Shown one piece after another: positions 63,121 to 64,000 of a DNA stretch of 64,000 nt. The stretch spans positions 3,328,001 to 3,392,000 of the forward strand of contig OY970342.1 of assembly GCA_963717505.1 (NCBI GenBank). The letters are read 5' to 3'. How positions within the stretch are numbered: position 1 is the stretch's first letter; every line of letters starts with the position of its first letter. The notes beneath the pieces were generated by a model, which saw nothing but the letters and a program-made list of their open reading frames with translations, was not told the origin of the DNA and made no database searches. This DNA is from Candidatus Eiseniibacteriota bacterium. Its GTDB lineage: Bacteria; Eisenbacteria; RBG-16-71-46. The position numbers and the translations under genes are program-made.

Positions 63121-64000
63121 TCACCCCAGCAGGTAGTCCAGGTCCTTCTGGCTCAAGGCGCGCGCGAAGCCATCCTCACCGAGCACGTCCGCAACCAGCG
63201 CCGCCTTGCGCTGCTGCAGTTCCCAGATCTTCTCCTCGATGGTCCCCGCCGTGATCATGCGATACGCGATCACGGTGCGTGTCTGGCCGATCCGGTGCGC
63301 GCGGTCGATGGCCTGAGCTTCGACCGCCGGGTTCCACCAGGGATCGAACAACACCACGTAGCTCGCCGCGGTCAGGTTGAGTCCGGCGCCGCCGGCTTTC
63401 AGCGAAATCAAGAACACGCAAGGCTCGCGGTCGGTCTCGAAAGCGCTGATGACCGCTTCGCGCTTGGTGGTTGCCCCGGTCAGGACGTGATAGCGGATCC
63501 CGCGCGATTTCATGTCGGTTGCGAGCAGCTTGAGGCACTCCACGAACTGCGAGAACACCAGGACCTTGCGCCCCTCGGCGAGCAGCGGCTCGAGAATCTC
63601 GAACAGGGTGTCGAACTTCCCGGACCCGAGGCCGTCGCGTCCGCCGACGAGTGCCGGGTGACAGCACACCTGCCGAAGGCGCGTCAGCGCGACGAGCATC
63701 TCGAACTTGTGCCCCATGACACCGTCGGGCGACGCCTTGAGCCGCTCCATGGTGGCTCGCCCGCGCATCAGCTCCGCGAGATAGAGCTTGCGTTGGCCGG
63801 GCGTCAGCTCACATTCGCGGTGCTCCTCGATGCGATCGGGAAGCTCCGGCGCCACCTGTTCTTTCAAACGCCGCACCATGACCGGCCGCAGTCGGGCCGC
63901 GAGCAGCCGCCGAAGGTGCGGGGGAGCGTCGGGGCGGTCGTAGCGCGCCGCGAATGCCGTCCTGCGTCCCAGGTAGCCGGGATTGACGAACTGCATGATG
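63121..64000 (-). CDS. SNF2/SWI2 family helicase, C-terminal part (runs off window edge)
   Basis: RRLK..V..ELP, LRQVCCHP, LVFSQF, LISLKAGGAGLNLTAA, DPWWNPAVEAQAIDRAHRIGQ. Confidence 0.95.
   Translation of the reverse strand, partial: IMQFVNPGYLGRRTAFAARYDRPDAPPHLRRLLAARLRPVMVRRLKEQVAPELPDRIEEHRECELTPGQRKLYLAELMRGRATMERLKASPDGVMGHKFEMLVALTRLRQVCCHPALVGGRDGLGSGKFDTLFEILEPLLAEGRKVLVFSQFVECLKLLATDMKSRGIRYHVLTGATTKREAVISAFETDREPCVFLISLKAGGAGLNLTAASYVVLFDPWWNPAVEAQAIDRAHRIGQTRTVIAYRMITAGTIEEKIWELQQRKAALVADVLGEDGFARALSQKDLDYLLG

Overview
High-GC bacterial chromosomal window with about 45 genes. It contains no rRNA, tRNA, CRISPR array, transposase or integrase that I could recognise. The gene content (several Hanks-type Ser/Thr kinases with TolB-N/TPR, STAND or FGE-hydrolase tails, and five secreted proteins ending in a FlgD-Ig/T9SS-type C-terminal domain) resembles Ca. 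Eisenbacteria or related FCB-associated lineages; this is inference only. Recognisable genes include a cysteine synthase-family enzyme, ribA, dinB, a LytS/LytTR pair, a cold-shock protein, a giant cyclic beta-1,2-glucan synthase/GH94 gene, an L,D-transpeptidase and a partial SNF2 helicase. Main signals not explained by the ORF track: (1) a hidden Rdx/SelW-like selenoprotein with a CxxU motif (in-frame TGA at 60022) followed by a SECIS-like hairpin; (2) a ~3.9 kb islet bounded by a perfect 19-bp direct repeat that carries a deleted, partly diverged second copy of the SNF2 3' end; (3) a recurring TANNNT-N6-start leaderless promoter layout, found on all four kinase paralogs; (4) a DUF480-MOSC fusion; (5) a cytochrome c with an apparent internal deletion. 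Clustered single-base frameshifts (13.1-16.2 kb, 50.2-51.2 kb, ~59.5 kb) look more like sequencing or assembly error than biology.
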